Assembly (NCBI GenBank): GCA_964016885.1
Contig: OZ024750.1
Coordinates: forward strand, 34,844,001 to 34,908,000
DNA: 64,000 nucleotides
Direction of reading: 5' to 3'
From: Eledone cirrhosa
Lineage: Eukaryota
The position numbers and the translations under genes were made by a program. Of the stretch, positions 21,601-39,600 are shown piece after piece. The notes below the pieces were generated by a model, which saw nothing but the letters and a program-made list of their open reading frames with translations, did no database searches and was not told the origin of the DNA. How positions within the stretch are numbered: the stretch's first letter is position 1; every line of letters begins with the position of its first letter.

Positions 21601-24600
21601 CACACATCTTGACTTGAACAACTACCACATCTTGACTTGAACAACGACCACATCTTGACTTGAACAACTGCCACATCTTGACTTGACAACTACCACATCT
21701 TAACCTGAACAACCACCACATCTTGACTTGAACAACTACCACATATTGACTTGACAACTATCACATCTTGACTTGAACAACTACCACATCTTGACTTGAC
21801 AACTATCACATCTTGACTTGAACAACTACCACATCTTGACTTGAACAACTGCCTTATCTTGACTTGAAAACTACCACATCTTGACTTGACAACCACCACA
21901 CATCTTGACTTGAACAACTACCACATCTTGACATGACAACTACCACATCTTGACTTGACAACCACCACACATCTTGACTTGAACAACTACCACATCTTGA
22001 CTTGACAACTACCACATCTTGACTTGAACAACTACCACATCTTGACTTGACAACCATCACACATCTTGACTTGAACAACTACCACATCTTGACTTGACAA
22101 CTACCACATCTTGACTTGAACAACCACCACATCTTGACTTGAACAACTACCACATCTTGACTTGACAACTACCACATCTTGACTTGAACAACTACCACAT
22201 CTTGACTTGACATCTACCACATCTTGACTTGAACAACCACCACATCTTGACTTGAACAACCACAACACATCTTGACTTGAACAATTACCACATCTTGACT
22301 TGAACAACTACAACTTCTTGATTGAACAACCACCACATCTTGACTTGACAACTACCACATCTTGACTTGAACAACCACCACATCTTGACTTGAACAACTA
22401 CCACATCTTGACTTGACAACTACCACATCTTGACTTGAACAACTGCCACATCTTGACTTGACAACTACCACATCTTGACTTGACAACTACCACATCTTGA
22501 CTTGACAACCACCACACATCTTGACTTGAACAACTACCACATCTTGACTTGACAACTACCACATCTTGACTTGAAGAACCACCACATCTTGACTTGAAAA
22601 CTACCACATCTTGACTTGAACAACTACCACATCTTGACTTGACAACCACCACACATCTTGACTTGAACAACTACCACATCTTGACATGACAACTACCACA
22701 TCTTGACTTGACAACCACCACACATCTTGACTTGAACAACTACCACATCTTGACTTGACAACTACCACATCTTGACTTGAACAACTACCACATCTTGACT
22801 TGACAACCATCACACATCTTGACTTGAACAACTACCACATCTTGACTTGACAACTACCACATCTTGACTTGAACAACCACCACATCTTGACTTGAACAAC
22901 TACCACATCTTGACTTGACAACTACCACATCTTGACTTGAACAACTACCACATCTTGACTTGACAACTACCACATCTTGACTTGAACACCCACCACATCT
23001 TGACTTGAACAACTGCCACACATCTTGACTTGAACAATTACCACATCTTGACTTGAACAACTACAACTTCTTGACTTGAACAACCAACACATCTTGACTT
23101 GACAACTACCACATCTTGACTTGAACAACCACCACATCTTGAGTTGACAACCACCACACATCTTGACTTGAACAAGTACCACATCTTGACATGACAACTA
23201 CCACATCTTGACTTGACAACCACCACACATCTTGACTTGAACAACTACCACATCTTGACTTGACAACTACCACATCTTGACTTGAACAACTACCACATCT
23301 TGACATGACAACTACCACATCTTGACTTGACAACCACCACACATCTTGACTTGAACAACTACCACATCTTGACTTGACAACTACCACATCTTGACTTGAA
23401 CAACTACCACATCTTGACTTGACAACCATCACACATCTTGACTTGAACAACTACCACATCTTGACTTGACAACTACCACATCTTGACTTGAACAACCACC
23501 ACATCTTGACTTGAACAACTACCACATCTTGACTTGACAACTACCACATCTTGACTTGAACAACTACCACATCTTGACTTGACAACTACCACATCTTGAC
23601 TTGAACAACCACCACATCTTGACTTGAACAACCACAACACATCTTGACTTGAACAATTACCACATCTTGACTTGAACAACTACAACATCTTGATTGAACA
23701 ACCACCACATCTTGACTTGACAACTACCACATCTTGACTTGACAACTACCACATCTTGACTTGAACAACTGCCACATCTTGACTTGACAACTACCACATC
23801 TTGACTTGACAACTACCACATCTTGACTTGACAACCACCACACATCTTGACTTGAACAACTACCACATCTTGACTTGACAACTACCACATCTTGACTTGA
23901 AGAACCACCACATCTTGACTTGAAAACTACCACATCTTGACTTGAACAACTACCACATCTTGACTTGACAACCACCACACATCTTGACTTGAACAACTAC
24001 CACATCTTGACATGACAACTACCACATCTTGACTTGACAACCACCACACATCTTGACTTGAACAACTACCACATCTTGACTTGACAACTACCACATCTTG
24101 ACTTGAACAACTACCACATCTTGACTTGACAACCATCACACATCTTGACTTGAACAACTACCACATCTTGACTTGACAACTACCACATCTTGACTTGAAC
24201 AACCACCACATCTTGACTTGAACAACTACCACATCTTGACTTGACAACTACCACATCTTGACTTGAACAACTACCACATCTTGACTTGACAACTACCACA
24301 TCTTGACTTGAACAACCACCACATCTTGACTTGAACAACTGCCACACATCTTGACTTGAACAATTACCACATCTTGACTTGAACAACTACAACTTCTTGA
24401 CTTGAACAACCAACACATCTTGACTTGACAACTACCACATCTTGACTTGAACAACCACCACATCTTGAGTTGACAACCACCACACATCTTGACTTGAACA
24501 ACTACCACATCTTGACATGACAACTACCACATCTTGACTTGACAACCACCACACATCTTGACTTGAACAACTACCACATCTTGACTTGACAACTACCACA

Positions 24601-27600
24601 TCTTGACTTGAACAACTACCACATCTTGAATTGACAACCACCACACATCTTGACTTGAACAACTACCACATCTTGACTTGAACAACTACCACATCTTGAC
24701 TTGACAACTACCACATCTTGACTTGAACAACCACCACATCTTGACTTGAACAACTACCACATCTTGACTTGACAACTACCACATCTTGACTTGAACAACT
24801 GCCACATCTTGACTTGACAACTACCACATCTTGACTTGAACAACTGCCACATCTTGACTTGACAACTACCACATCTTGACTTGACAACTACCACATCTTG
24901 ACTTGACAACCACCACACATCTTGACTTGAACAACTACCACATCTTGACTTGACAACTACCACATCTTGACTTGAACAACTACCACATCTTGACTTGACA
25001 ACCACCACACATCTTGACTTGAACAACTACCACATCTTGACTTGACAACTAGCACATCTTGACTTGAACAACCACCACATCTTGACTTGAAAACTACCAC
25101 ATCTTGACTTGACAACCACTACACATCTTGACTTGAACAACTGCCACATCTTGACTTGGCAACTACCACATCTTGACTTGAACAACTACCACATCTTGAC
25201 TTGAACAACTGCCACATCTTGACTTGACAACTACCACATCTTGACTTGAACAACTGCCACATCTTGACTTGACAACTACCACATCTTGACTTGACAACTA
25301 CCACATCTTGACTTGACAACCACCACACATCTTGACTTGAACAACTACCACATCTTGACCTGACAACTACCACATCTTGACTTGAACAACTACCACATCT
25401 TGACTTGACAACCACCACACATCTTGACTTGAACAACTACCACATCTTGACTTGACAACTAGCACATCTTGACTTGAACAACCACCACATCTTGACTTGA
25501 AAACTACCACATCTTGACTTGACAACCACTACACATCTTGACTTGAACAACTGCCACATCTTGACTTGGCAACTACCACATCTTGACTTGAACAACTACC
25601 ACATCTTGACTTGACAACTACCACATCTTGACTTGAACAACCACCACATCTTGACTTGAACAACCACAACACATCTTGACTTGAACAATTACCACATCTT
25701 GACTTGAACAACTACAACTTCTTGACTTGAACAACCACCACATATTGACTTGACAACTACCACATCTTGACTTGAACAACCACCACATCTTGACTTGAAC
25801 AACTACCACATCTTGACTTGACAACTACCACATCTTGACTTGAACAACTGCCACATCTTGACTTGACAACTACCACATCTTAACTTGAACAACCACCACA
25901 TCTCGACTTGAACAACTACCACATATTGACTTGACAACTATCACATCTTGACTTGAACAACTACCACATCTTGACTTGACAACTATCACATCTTGACTTG
26001 AACAACTACCACATCTTGACTTGAACAACTGCCTTATCTTGACTTGAAAACTACCACATCTTGACTTGACAACCACCACACATCTTGACTTGAACAACTA
26101 CCACATCTTGACATGACAACTACCACATCTTGACTTGACAACCACCACACATCTTGACTTGAACAACTACCACATCTTGACTTGACAACTACCACATCTT
26201 GACTTGAACAACTACCACATCTTGACTGGACAACCACCACACATCTTGACTTGAACAACTACCACATCTTGACTTGACAACTACCACATCTTGACTTGAA
26301 CAACCACCACATCTTGACTTGAACAACTACCACATCTTGACTTGACAACTACCACATCTTGACTTGAACAACTACCACATCTTGACTTGACAACTACCAC
26401 ATCTTGACTTGAACAACCACCACATCTTGACTTGAACAACCACAACACATCTTGACTTGAACAATTACCACATCTTGACTTGAACTACTACAACTTCTTG
26501 ACTTGAACAACCACCACATCTTGACTTGACAACTACCACATCTTGACTTGAACAACCACCACATCTTGACTTGAACAACTACCACATCTTGACTTGAACA
26601 ACTGCCACATCTTGACTTGACAACTACCACATCTTGACTTGACAACTACCACATCTTGACTTGACAACCACCACACATCTTGACTTGAACAACTACCACA
26701 TCTTGACTTGAAAACTACCACATCTTGACTTGAACAACTACCACATCTTGACTTGACAACCACCACACATCTTGACTTGAACAACTACCACATCTTGACT
26801 TGACAACTACCACATCTTGACTTGAACAACCACCACATCTTGACTTGAAAACTACCACATCTTGACTTGAACAACTACCACATCTTGACTTGACAACCAC
26901 CACACATCTTGACTTGAACAACTACCACATCTTGACATGACAACTACCACATCTTGACTTGACAACCACCACACATCTTGACTTGAACAACTACCACATC
27001 TTGACTTGACAACTACCACATCTTGACTTGAACAACTACCACATCTTGACTTGACAACCACCACACATCTTGACTTGAACAACTACCACATCTTGACTTG
27101 AACAACTATCACATCTTGACTTGACAGCTACCACATCTTGACTTGAACAACTACAACATCTTGACTTGAACAACCACCACATCTTGACTTGACAACTACC
27201 ACATCTTGACTTGAACAACCACCACATCTTGACTTGAACAACTACCACATCTTGACTTGACAACTACCACATCTTGACTTGAACAACTACCACATCTTGA
27301 CTTGACAACTACCACATCTTGACTTGAACAACCACCACATCTTGACTTGAACAACTACCACATCTTGACTTGACAACCACCACGCATCTTGACTTGAACA
27401 ACTACCACATCTTGACTTGACAACTACCACATCTTGACTTGAACAACTACCACATCTTGACTTGACAACCACCACACATCTTGACTTGAACAACTAACAC
27501 ATCTTGACATGACAACTACCACATCTTGACTTGACAACCACCACACATCTTGACTTGAACAACTACCACATCTTGACTTGACAACTACCACATCTTTACT

Positions 27601-30600
27601 TGAACAACTACCACATCTTGACTTGACAACCACCACACATCATGACTTGAACAACTACAACATCTTGACTTGAACAACCACCACATCTTGACTTGACAAC
27701 TACCACATCTTGACTTGAACAACCACCACATCTTGACTTGAACAACTACCACATCTTGACTTGACAACTACCACATCTTGACTTGACAACTACCACATCT
27801 TGACTTGAACAACCACCACATCTTGACTTGAACAACTGCCACACATCTTGACTTGAACAACTACCACATCTTGACTTGAACAACCACAACACATCTTGAC
27901 TTGAACAATTACCACATCTTGACTTGAACAACTACAACTTCTTGACTTGAACAACCAACACATCTTGACTTGACAACTACCACATCTTGACTTGAACAAC
28001 CACCACATCTTGACTTGAACAACTACCACATCTTGACTTGACAACTACCACATCTTGACTTGAACAACTGCCACATCTTGACTTGACAACTACCACATCT
28101 TGACTTGAACAACTACCACATGTTGACTTGAACAACTGCCACATCTTGACTTGACAACTACCACATCTTGACTTGAACAACTACCACATGTTGACTTGAC
28201 AACTACCACATCTTGACTTGAACAACCACCACATCTTGACTTGACCAACCACAACACATCTTGACTTGAACAATTACCACATCTTGACTTGAACAACTAC
28301 AACTTCTTGACTTGAACAACCACCACATATTGACTTGACAACTACCACATCTTGACTTGAACAACCACCACATCTTGACTTGAACAACTACCACATCTTG
28401 ACTTGACAACTACCACATCTTGACTTGAACAACTGCCACATCTTGACTTGACAACTACCACATCTTAACCTGAACAACCACCACATCTTGACTTGAACAA
28501 CTACCACATATTGACTTGACAACTATCACATCTTGACTTGAACAACTACCACATCTTGACTTGACAACTATCACATCTTGACTTGAACAACTACCACATC
28601 TTGACTTGAACAACTGCCTTATCTTGACTTGAAAACTACCACATCTTGACTTGACAACCACCACACATCTTGACTTGAACAACTACCACATCTTGACATG
28701 ACAACTACCACATCTTGACTTGACAACCACCACACATCTTGACTTGAACAACTACCACATCTTGACTTGAACAACTACCACATCTTGACTTGACAACTAC
28801 CACATCTTGACTTGAACAACCACCACATCTTGACTTGAACAACTACCACATCTTGACTTGACAACTACCACATCTTGACTTGAACAACTACCACATCTTG
28901 ACTTGACAACTACCACATCTTGACTTGAACAACCACCACATCTTGACTTGAACAACCACAACACATCTTGACTTGAACAATTACCACATCTTGACTTGAA
29001 CAACTACAACTTCTTGATTGAACAACCACCACATCTTGACTTGACAACTACCACATCTTGACTTGAACAACCACCACATCTTGACTTGAACAACTACCAC
29101 ATCTTGACTTGACAACTACCACATCTTGACTTGAACAACTGCCACATCTTGACTTGACAACTACCACATCTTGACTTGACAACTACCACATCTTGACTTG
29201 ACAACCACCACACATCTTGACTTGAACAACTACCACATCTTGACTTGACAACTACCACATCTTGACTTGAAGAACCACCACATCTTGACTTGAAAACTAC
29301 CACATCTTGACTTGAACAACTACCACATCTTGACTTGACAACCACCACACATCTTGACTTGAACAACTACCACATCTTGACATGACAACTACCACATCTT
29401 GACTTGACAACCACCACACATCTTGACTTGAACAACTACCACATCTTGACTTGAACAACTACCACATCTTGACTTGACAACCATCACACATCTTGACTTG
29501 AACAACAACCACATCTTGACTTGACAACTACCACATCTTGACTTGAACAACCACCACATCTTGACTTGAACAACCACAACACATCTTGACTTGAACAATT
29601 ACCACATCTTGACTTGAACAACTACAACTTCTTGACTTGAACAACCACCACATCTTGACTTGACAACTACCACATCTTGACTTGAACAACCACCACATCT
29701 TGACTTGAACAACTACCACATCTTGACTTGACAACTACCACATCTTGACTTGAACAACTGCCACATCTTGACTTGACAACTACCACATCTTGACTTGACA
29801 ACTACCACATCTTGACTTGACAACCACCACACATCTTGACTTGAACAACTACCACATCTTGACTTGACAACTACCACATCTTGACTTGAACAACCACCAC
29901 ATCTTGACTTGAAAACTACCACATCTTGACTTGAACAACTACCACATCTTGACTTGACAACTACCACATCTTGACTTGAACAACTACAACATCTTGACTT
30001 GAACAACCACCACATCTTGACTTGACAACTACCACATCTTGACTTGACAACTACCACATCTTGACTTGAACAACTACAACATCTTGACTTGAACAACCAC
30101 CACATCTTGACTTGACAACTACCACATCTTGACTTGAACAACCACCACATCTTGACTTGAACAACTACCACATCTTGACTTGAACAACTACCACATCTTG
30201 ACTTGACAACTACAACATCTTGACTTGAACAACCACCACATCTTGACTTGAACAACTGCCACACATCTTGACTTGAACAACTACCACATCTTGACTTGAA
30301 CAACCACAACACATCTTGACTTGAACAATTACCACATTTTGACTTGAACAACTACAACTTCTTGACTTGAACAACCACCACATCTTGACTTGACAACTAC
30401 CACATCTTGACTTGAACAACCACCACATTTTGACTTGAACAACTACCACATCTTGACTTGACAACTACCACATCTTGACTTGAACAACTGCCACATCTTG
30501 ACTTGACAACTACCACATCTTGACTTGAACAACTACCACATGTTGACTTGAACATCTGCCACATCTTGACTTGACTACTACCACATCTTGACTTGAACAA

Positions 30601-33600
30601 CTACCACATCTTGACTTGAAAAACAACGACATCTTGACTTGAACAACCACCACATCTTGATTTGAACAACTACCACATCTTGACTTGACAACTATCACAT
30701 CTTGACTTGAACAACTACCACATCTTGACTTGACAACTACCACATCTTGACTTGAACAACTACCACATCTTGACTTGACAACTACCACATCTTGACTTGA
30801 ACAACCACCACATCTTGACTTGAACAACCACAACACATCTTGACTTGAACAATTACCACATCTTGACTTGAACAACTACAACTTCTTGACTTGAACAACC
30901 ACCACATCTTGACTTGACAACTACCACATCTTGACTTGAACAACCACCACATCTTGACTTCAACAACTACCACATCTTGACTTGACAACTACCACATCTT
31001 GACTTGAACAACTGCCACATCTTGACCTGACAACTACCACATCTTGACTTGACAACTACCACATCTTGACTTGACAACCACCACACATCTTGACTTGAAC
31101 AACTACCACATCTTGACTTGACAACTACCACATCTTGACTTGAACAACTACCACATCTTGACTTGACAACCACCACGCATCTTGACTTGAACAACTACCA
31201 CATCTTGACTTGACAACTACCACATCTTGACTTGACAACTACCACATCTTGACTTGACAACCACCACACATCTTGACTTGAACAACTACCACATCTTGAC
31301 TTGACAACTACCACATCTTGACTTGAACAACTACCACATCTTGACTTGACAACCATCACACATCTTGACTTGAACAACTACCACATCTTGACTTGACAAC
31401 TACCACATCTTGACTTGAACAACCACCACATCTTGACTTGAACAACTACCACATCTTGACTTGACAACTACCACATCTTGACTTGAACAACTACCACATC
31501 TTGACTTGACAACTACCACATCTTGACTTGAACAACCACCACATCTTGACTTGAACAACTGCCACACATCTTGACTTGAACAATTACCACATCTTGACTT
31601 GAACAACTACAACTTCTTGACTTGAACAACCAACACATCTTGACTTGACAACTACCACATCTTGACTTGAACAACCACCACATCTTGACTTGAACAACTA
31701 CCACATCTTGACTTGACAACTACCACATCTTGACTTGAACAACTGCCACATCTTGACTTGACAACTACCACATCTTGACTTGAACAACTGCCACATCTTG
31801 ACTTGACAACTATCACATCTTGACTTGACAACTACCACATCTTGACTTGACAACAACAACACATCTTGACTTGAACAACTACCACATCTTGACTTGACAA
31901 CTACCACATCTTGACTTGAACAACTACCACATCTTGACTTGACAACCACCACACATCTTGACTTGAACAACTACCACATCTTGACTTGACAACTAGCACA
32001 TCTTGACTTGAACAACCACCACATCTTGACTTGAAAACTACCACATCTTGACTTGACAACCACTACACATCTTGACTTGAACAACTGCCACATCTTGACT
32101 TGAACAACCACAACACATCTTGACTTGAACAATTACCACATCTTGACTTGAACAACTACAATTTCTTGACTTGAACAACCACCACATATTGACTTGACAA
32201 CTACCACATCTTGACTTGAACAACCACCACATCTTGACTTGAACAACTACCACATCTTGACTTGACAACTACCACATCTTGACTTGAACAACTGCCACAT
32301 CTTGACTTGACAACTACCACATCTTAACTTGAACAACCACCACATCTCGACTTGAACAACTACCACATATTGACTTGACAACTATCACATCTTGACTTGA
32401 ACAACTACCACATCTTGACTTGACAACTATCACATCTTGACTTGAACAACTACCACATCTTGACTTGAACAACTGCCTTATCTTGACTTGAAAGCTACCA
32501 CATCTTGACTTGACAACCACCACACATCTTGACTTGAACAACTACCACATCTTGACATGACAACTACCATATCTTGACTTGACAACCACCACACATCTTG
32601 ACTTGAACAACTACCACATCTTGACTTGACAACTACCACATCTTGACTTGAACAACTACCACATCTTGACTGGACAACCACCACACATCCTGACTTGAAC
32701 AACTACCACATCTTGACTTGACAACTACCACATCTTGACTTGAACAACCACCACATCTTGACTTGAACAACTACCACATCTTGACTTGACAACTACCACA
32801 TCTTGACTTGAACAACTACCACATCTTGACTTGACAACTACCACATCTTGACTTGAACAACCACCACATCTTGACTTGAACAACCACAACACATCTTGAC
32901 TTGAACAATTACCACATCTTGACTTGAACAACTACAACTTCTTGACTTGAACAACCACCACATCTTGACTTGACAACTACCACATCTTGACTTGAACAAC
33001 CACCACATCTTGACTTGAACAACTACCACATCTTGACTTGAACAACTGCCACATCTTGACTTGACAACTACCACATCTTGACTTGACAACTACCACATCT
33101 TAACCTGAACAACCACCACATCTTGACTTGAACAACTACCACATATTGACTTGACAACTATCACATCTTGACTTGAACAACTACCACATCTTGACTTGAC
33201 AACTATCACATCTTGACTTGAACAACTACCACATCTTGACTTGAACAACTGCCTTATCTTGACTTGAAAACTACCACATCTTGACTTGACAACCACCACA
33301 CATCTTGACTTGAACAACTACCACATCTTGACATGACAACTACCACATCTTGACTTGACAACCACCACACATCTTGACTTGAACAACTACCACATCTTGA
33401 CTTGACAACTACCACATCTTGACTTGAACAACTACCACATCTTGACTTGACAACCATCACACATCTTGACTTGAACAACTACCACATCTTGACTTGACAA
33501 CTACCACATCTTGACTTGAACAACCACCACATCTTGACTTGAACAACTACCACATCTTGACTTGACAACTACCACATCTTGACTTGAACAACTACCACAT

Positions 33601-36600
33601 CTTGACTTGACAACTACCACATCTTGACTTGAACAACCACCACATCTTGACTTGAACAACCACAACACATCTTGACTTGAACAATTACCACATCTTGACT
33701 TGAACAACTACAACTTCTTGATTGAACAACCACCACATCTTGACTTGACAACTACCACATCTTGACTTGAACAACCACCACATCTTGACTTGAACAACTA
33801 CCACATCTTGACTTGACAACTACCACATCTTGACTTGAAGAACCACCACATCTTGACTTGAAAACTACCACATCTTGACTTGAACAACTACCACATCTTG
33901 ACTTGACAACCACCACACATCTTGACTTGAACAACTACCACATCTTGACATGACAACTACCACATCTTGACTTGACAACCACCACACATCTTGACTTGAA
34001 CAACTACCACATCTTGACTTGAACAACTACCACATCTTGACTTGACAACCATCACACATCTTGACTTGAACAACAACCACATCTTGACTTGACAACTACC
34101 ACATCTTGACTTGAACAACCACCACATCTTGACTTGAACAACCACAACACATCTTGACTTGACAACTACCACATCTTGACTTGAACAACTGCCACATCTT
34201 GACTTGACAACTACCACATCTTGACTTGACAACTACCACATCTTGACTTGACAACCACCACACATCTTGACTTGAACAACTACCACATCTTGACTTGACA
34301 ACTACCACATCTTGACTTGAACAACTGCCACATCTTGACTTGACAACTACCACATCTTGACTTGACAACTACCACATCTTGACTTGACAACCACCACACA
34401 TCTTGACTTGAACAACTACCACATCTTGACTTGACAACTACCACATCTTGACTTGAACAACCACCACATCTTGACTTGAAAACTACCACATCTTGACTTG
34501 AACAACTACCACATCTTGACTTGACAACTACCACATCTTGACTTGAACAACTACAACATCTTGACTTGAACAACCACCACATCTTGACTTGACAACTACC
34601 ACATCTTGACTTGACAACTACCACATCTTGACTTGAACAACTACAACATCTTGACTTGAACAACCACCACATCTTGACTTGACAACTACCACATCTTGAC
34701 TTGAACAACCACCACATCTTGACTTGAACAACTACCACATCTTGACTTGAACAACTACCACATCTTGACTTGACAACTACAACATCTTGACTTGAACAAC
34801 CACCACATCTTGACTTGAACAACTGCCACACATCTTGACTTGAACAACTACCACATCTTGACTTGAACAACCACAACACATCTTGACTTGAACAATTACC
34901 ACATTTTGACTTGAACAACTACAACTTCTTGACTTGAACAACCACCACATCTTGACTTGACAACTACCACATCTTGACTTGAACAACCACCACATTTTGA
35001 CTTGAACAACTACCACATCTTGACTTGACAACTACCACATCTTGACTTGAACAACTGCCACATCTTGACTTGACAACTACCACATCTTGACTTGAACAAC
35101 TACCACATGTTGACTTGAACATCTGCCACATCTTGACTTGACAACTATCACATCTTGACTTGAACAACTACCACATCTTGACTTGACAACTACCACATCT
35201 TGACTTGAACAACTACCACATCTTGACTTGACAACTACCACATCTTGACTTGAACAACCACCACATCTTGACTTGAACAACCACAACACATCTTGACTTG
35301 AACAATTACCACATCTTGACTTGAACAACTACAACTTCTTGACTTGAACAACCACCACATCTTGACTTGACAACTACCACATCTTGACTTGAACAACCAC
35401 CACATCTTGACTTCAACAACTACCACATCTTGACTTGACAACTACCACATCTTGACTTGAACAACTGCCACATCTTGACTTGACAACTACCACATCTTGA
35501 CTTGACAACTACCACATCTTGACATGACAACCACCACACATCTTGACTTGAACAACTACCACATCTTGACTTGACAACTACCACATCTTGACTTGAACAA
35601 CTACCACATCTTGACTTGACAACCACCACGCATCTTGACTTGAACAACTACCACATCTTGACTTGACAACTACCACATCTTGACTTGACAACTACCACAT
35701 CTTGACTTGACAACCACCACACATCTTGACTTGAACAACTACCACATCTTGACTTGACAACTACCACATCTTGACTTGAACAACTACCACATCTTGACTT
35801 GACAACCATCACACATCTTGACTTGAACAACTACCACATCTTGACTTGACAACTACCACATCTTGACTTGAACAACCACCACATCTTGACTTGAACAACT
35901 ACCACATCTTGACTTGACAACTACCACATCTTGACTTGAACAACTACCACATCTTGACTTGACAACTACCACATCTTGACTTGAACAACCACCACATCTT
36001 GACTTGAACAACTGCCACACATCTTGACTTGAACAATTACCACATCTTGACTTGAACAACTACAACTTCTTGACTTGAACAACCAACACATCTTGACTTG
36101 ACAACTACCACATCTTGACTTGAACAACCACCACATCTTGACTTGAACAACTACCACATCTTGACTTGACAACTACCACATCTTGACTTGAACAACTGCC
36201 ACATCTTGACTTGACAACTACCACATCTTGACTTGAACAACTGCCACATCTTGACTTGACAACTATCACATCTTGACTTGACAACTACCATATCTTGACT
36301 TGACAACAACAACACATCTTGACTTGAACAACTACCACATCTTGACTTGACAACTACCACATCTTGACTTGAACAACTACCACATATTGACTTGACAACC
36401 ACCACACATCTTGACTTGAACAACTACCACATCTTGACTTGACAACTAGCACATCTTGACTTGAACAACCACCACATCTTGACTTGAAAACTACCACATC
36501 TTGACTTGACAACCACTACACATCTTGACTTGAACAACTGCCACATCTTGACTTGAACAACCACAACACATCTTGACTTGAACAATTACCACATCTTGAC

Positions 36601-39600
36601 TTGAACAACTACAATTTCTTGACTTGATCAACCACCACATATTGACTTGACAACTACCACATCTTGACTTGAACAACCACCACATCTTGACTTGAACAAC
36701 TGCCACATCTTGACTTGACAACTACCACATCTTAACTTGAACAACCACCACATCTCGACTTGAACAACTACCACATATTGACTTGACAACTATCACATCT
36801 TGACTTGAACAACTACCACATCTTGACTTGACAACTATCACATCTTGACTTGAACAACTACCACATCTTGACTTGAACAACTGCCTTATCTTGACTTGAA
36901 AACTACCACATCTTGACTTGACAACCACCACACATCTTGACTTGAACAACTACCACATCTTGACATGACAACTACCATATCTTGACTTGACAACCACCAC
37001 ACATCTTGACTTGAACAACTACCACATCTTGACTTGACAACTACCACATCTTGACTTGAACAACTACCACATCTTGACTGGACAACCACCACACATCTTG
37101 ACTTGAACAACTACCACATCTTGACTTGACAACTACCACATCTTGACTTGAACAACCACCACATCTTGACTTGAACAACTACCACATCTTGACTTGACAA
37201 CTACCACATCTTGACTTGAACAACTACCACATCTTGACTTGACAACTACCACATCTTGACTTGAACAACCACCACATCTTGACTTGAACAACCACAACAC
37301 ATCTTGACTTGAACAATTACCACATCTTGACTTGAACAACTACAACTTCTTGACTTGAACAACCACCACATCTTGACTTGACAACTACCACATCTTGACT
37401 TGAACAACCACCACATCTTGACTTGAACAACTACCACATCTTGACTTGAACAACTGCCACATCTTGACTTGACAACTACCACATCTTGACTTGACAACTA
37501 CCACATCTTGACTTGACAACCACCACACATCTTGACTTGAACAACTACCACATCTTGACTTGACAACTACCACATCTTGACTTGAACAACTACCACATCT
37601 TGACTTGACAACCACCACACATCTTGACTTGAACAACTACCACATCTTGACTTGACAACTACCACATCTTGACTTGAACAACCACCACATCTTGACTTGA
37701 AAACTACCACATCTTGACTTGAACAACTACCACATCTTGACTTGACAACCACCACACATCTTGACTTGAACAACTACCACATCTTGACATGACAACTACC
37801 ACATCTTGACTTGACAACCACCACACATCTTGACTTGAACAACTACCACATCTTGACTTGACAACTACCACATCTTGACTTGAACAACTACCACATCTTG
37901 ACTTGACAACCACCACACATCTTGACTTGAACAACTACCACATCTTGACTTGAACAACTATCACATCTTGACTTGACAACTACCACATCTTGACTTGAAC
38001 AACTACAACATCTTGACTTGAACAACCACCACATCTTGACTTGACAACTACCACATCTTGACTTGAACAACCACCACATCTTGACTTCAACAACTACCAC
38101 ATCTTGACTTGACAACTACCACATCTTGACTTGAACAACTGCCACATCTTGACTTGACAACTACCACATCTTGACTTGACAACTACCACATCTTGACTTG
38201 ACAACCACCACACATCTTGACTTGAACAACTACCACATCTTGACTTGACAACTACCACATCTTGACTTGAACAACTACCACATCTTGACTTGACAACCAC
38301 CACGCATCTTGACTTGAACAACTACCACATCTTGACTTGACAACTACCACATCTTGACTTGACAACTACCACATCTTGACTTGACAACCACCACACATCT
38401 TGACTTGAACAACTACCACATCTTGACTTGACAACTACCACATCTTGACTTGAACAACTACCACATCTTGACTTGACAACCATCACACATCTTGACTTGA
38501 ACAACTACCACATCTTGACTTGACAACTACCACATCTTGACTTGAACAACCACCACATCTTGACTTGAACAACTTCCACATCTTGACTTGACAACTACCA
38601 CATCTTGACTTGAACAACTACCACATCTTGACTTGACAACTACCACATCTTGACTTGAACAACCACCACATCTTGACTTGAACAACTGCCACACATCTTG
38701 ACTTGAACAATTACCACATCTTGACTTGAACAACTACAACTTCTTGACTTGAACAACCAACACATCTTGACTTGACAACTACCACATCTTGACTTGAACA
38801 ACCACCACATCTTGACTTGAACAACTACCACATCTTGACTTGACAACTACCACATCTTGACTTGAACAACTGCCACATCTTGACTTGACAACTACCACAT
38901 CTTGACTTGAACAACTGCCACATCTTGACTTGACAACTATCACATCTTGACTTGACAACTACCACATCTTGACTTGACAACCACCACACATCTTGACTTG
39001 AACAACTACCACATCTTGACTTGACAACTACCACATCTTGACTTGAACAACTACCACATCTTGACTTGACAACCACCACACATCTTGACTTGAACAACTA
39101 CCACATCTTGACTTGACAACTAGCACATCTTGACTTGAACAACCACCACATCTTGACTTGAAAACTACCACATCTTGACTTGACAACCACTACACATCTT
39201 GACTTGAACAACTGCCACATCTTGACTTGAACAACCACAACACATCTTGACTTGAACAATTACCACATCTTGACTTGAACAACTACAATTTCTTGACTTG
39301 AACAACCACCACATATTGACTTGACAACTACCACATCTTGACTTGAACAACCACCACATCTTGACTTGAACAACTACCACATCTTGACTTGACAACTACC
39401 ACATCTTGACTTGAACAACTGCCACATCTTGACTTGACAACTACCACATCTTAACTTGAACAACCACCACATCTCGACTTGAACAACTACCACATATTGA
39501 CTTGACAACTATCACATCTTGACTTGAACAACTACCACATCTTGACTTGACAACTATCACATCTTGACTTGAACAACTACCACATCTTGACTTGAACAAC

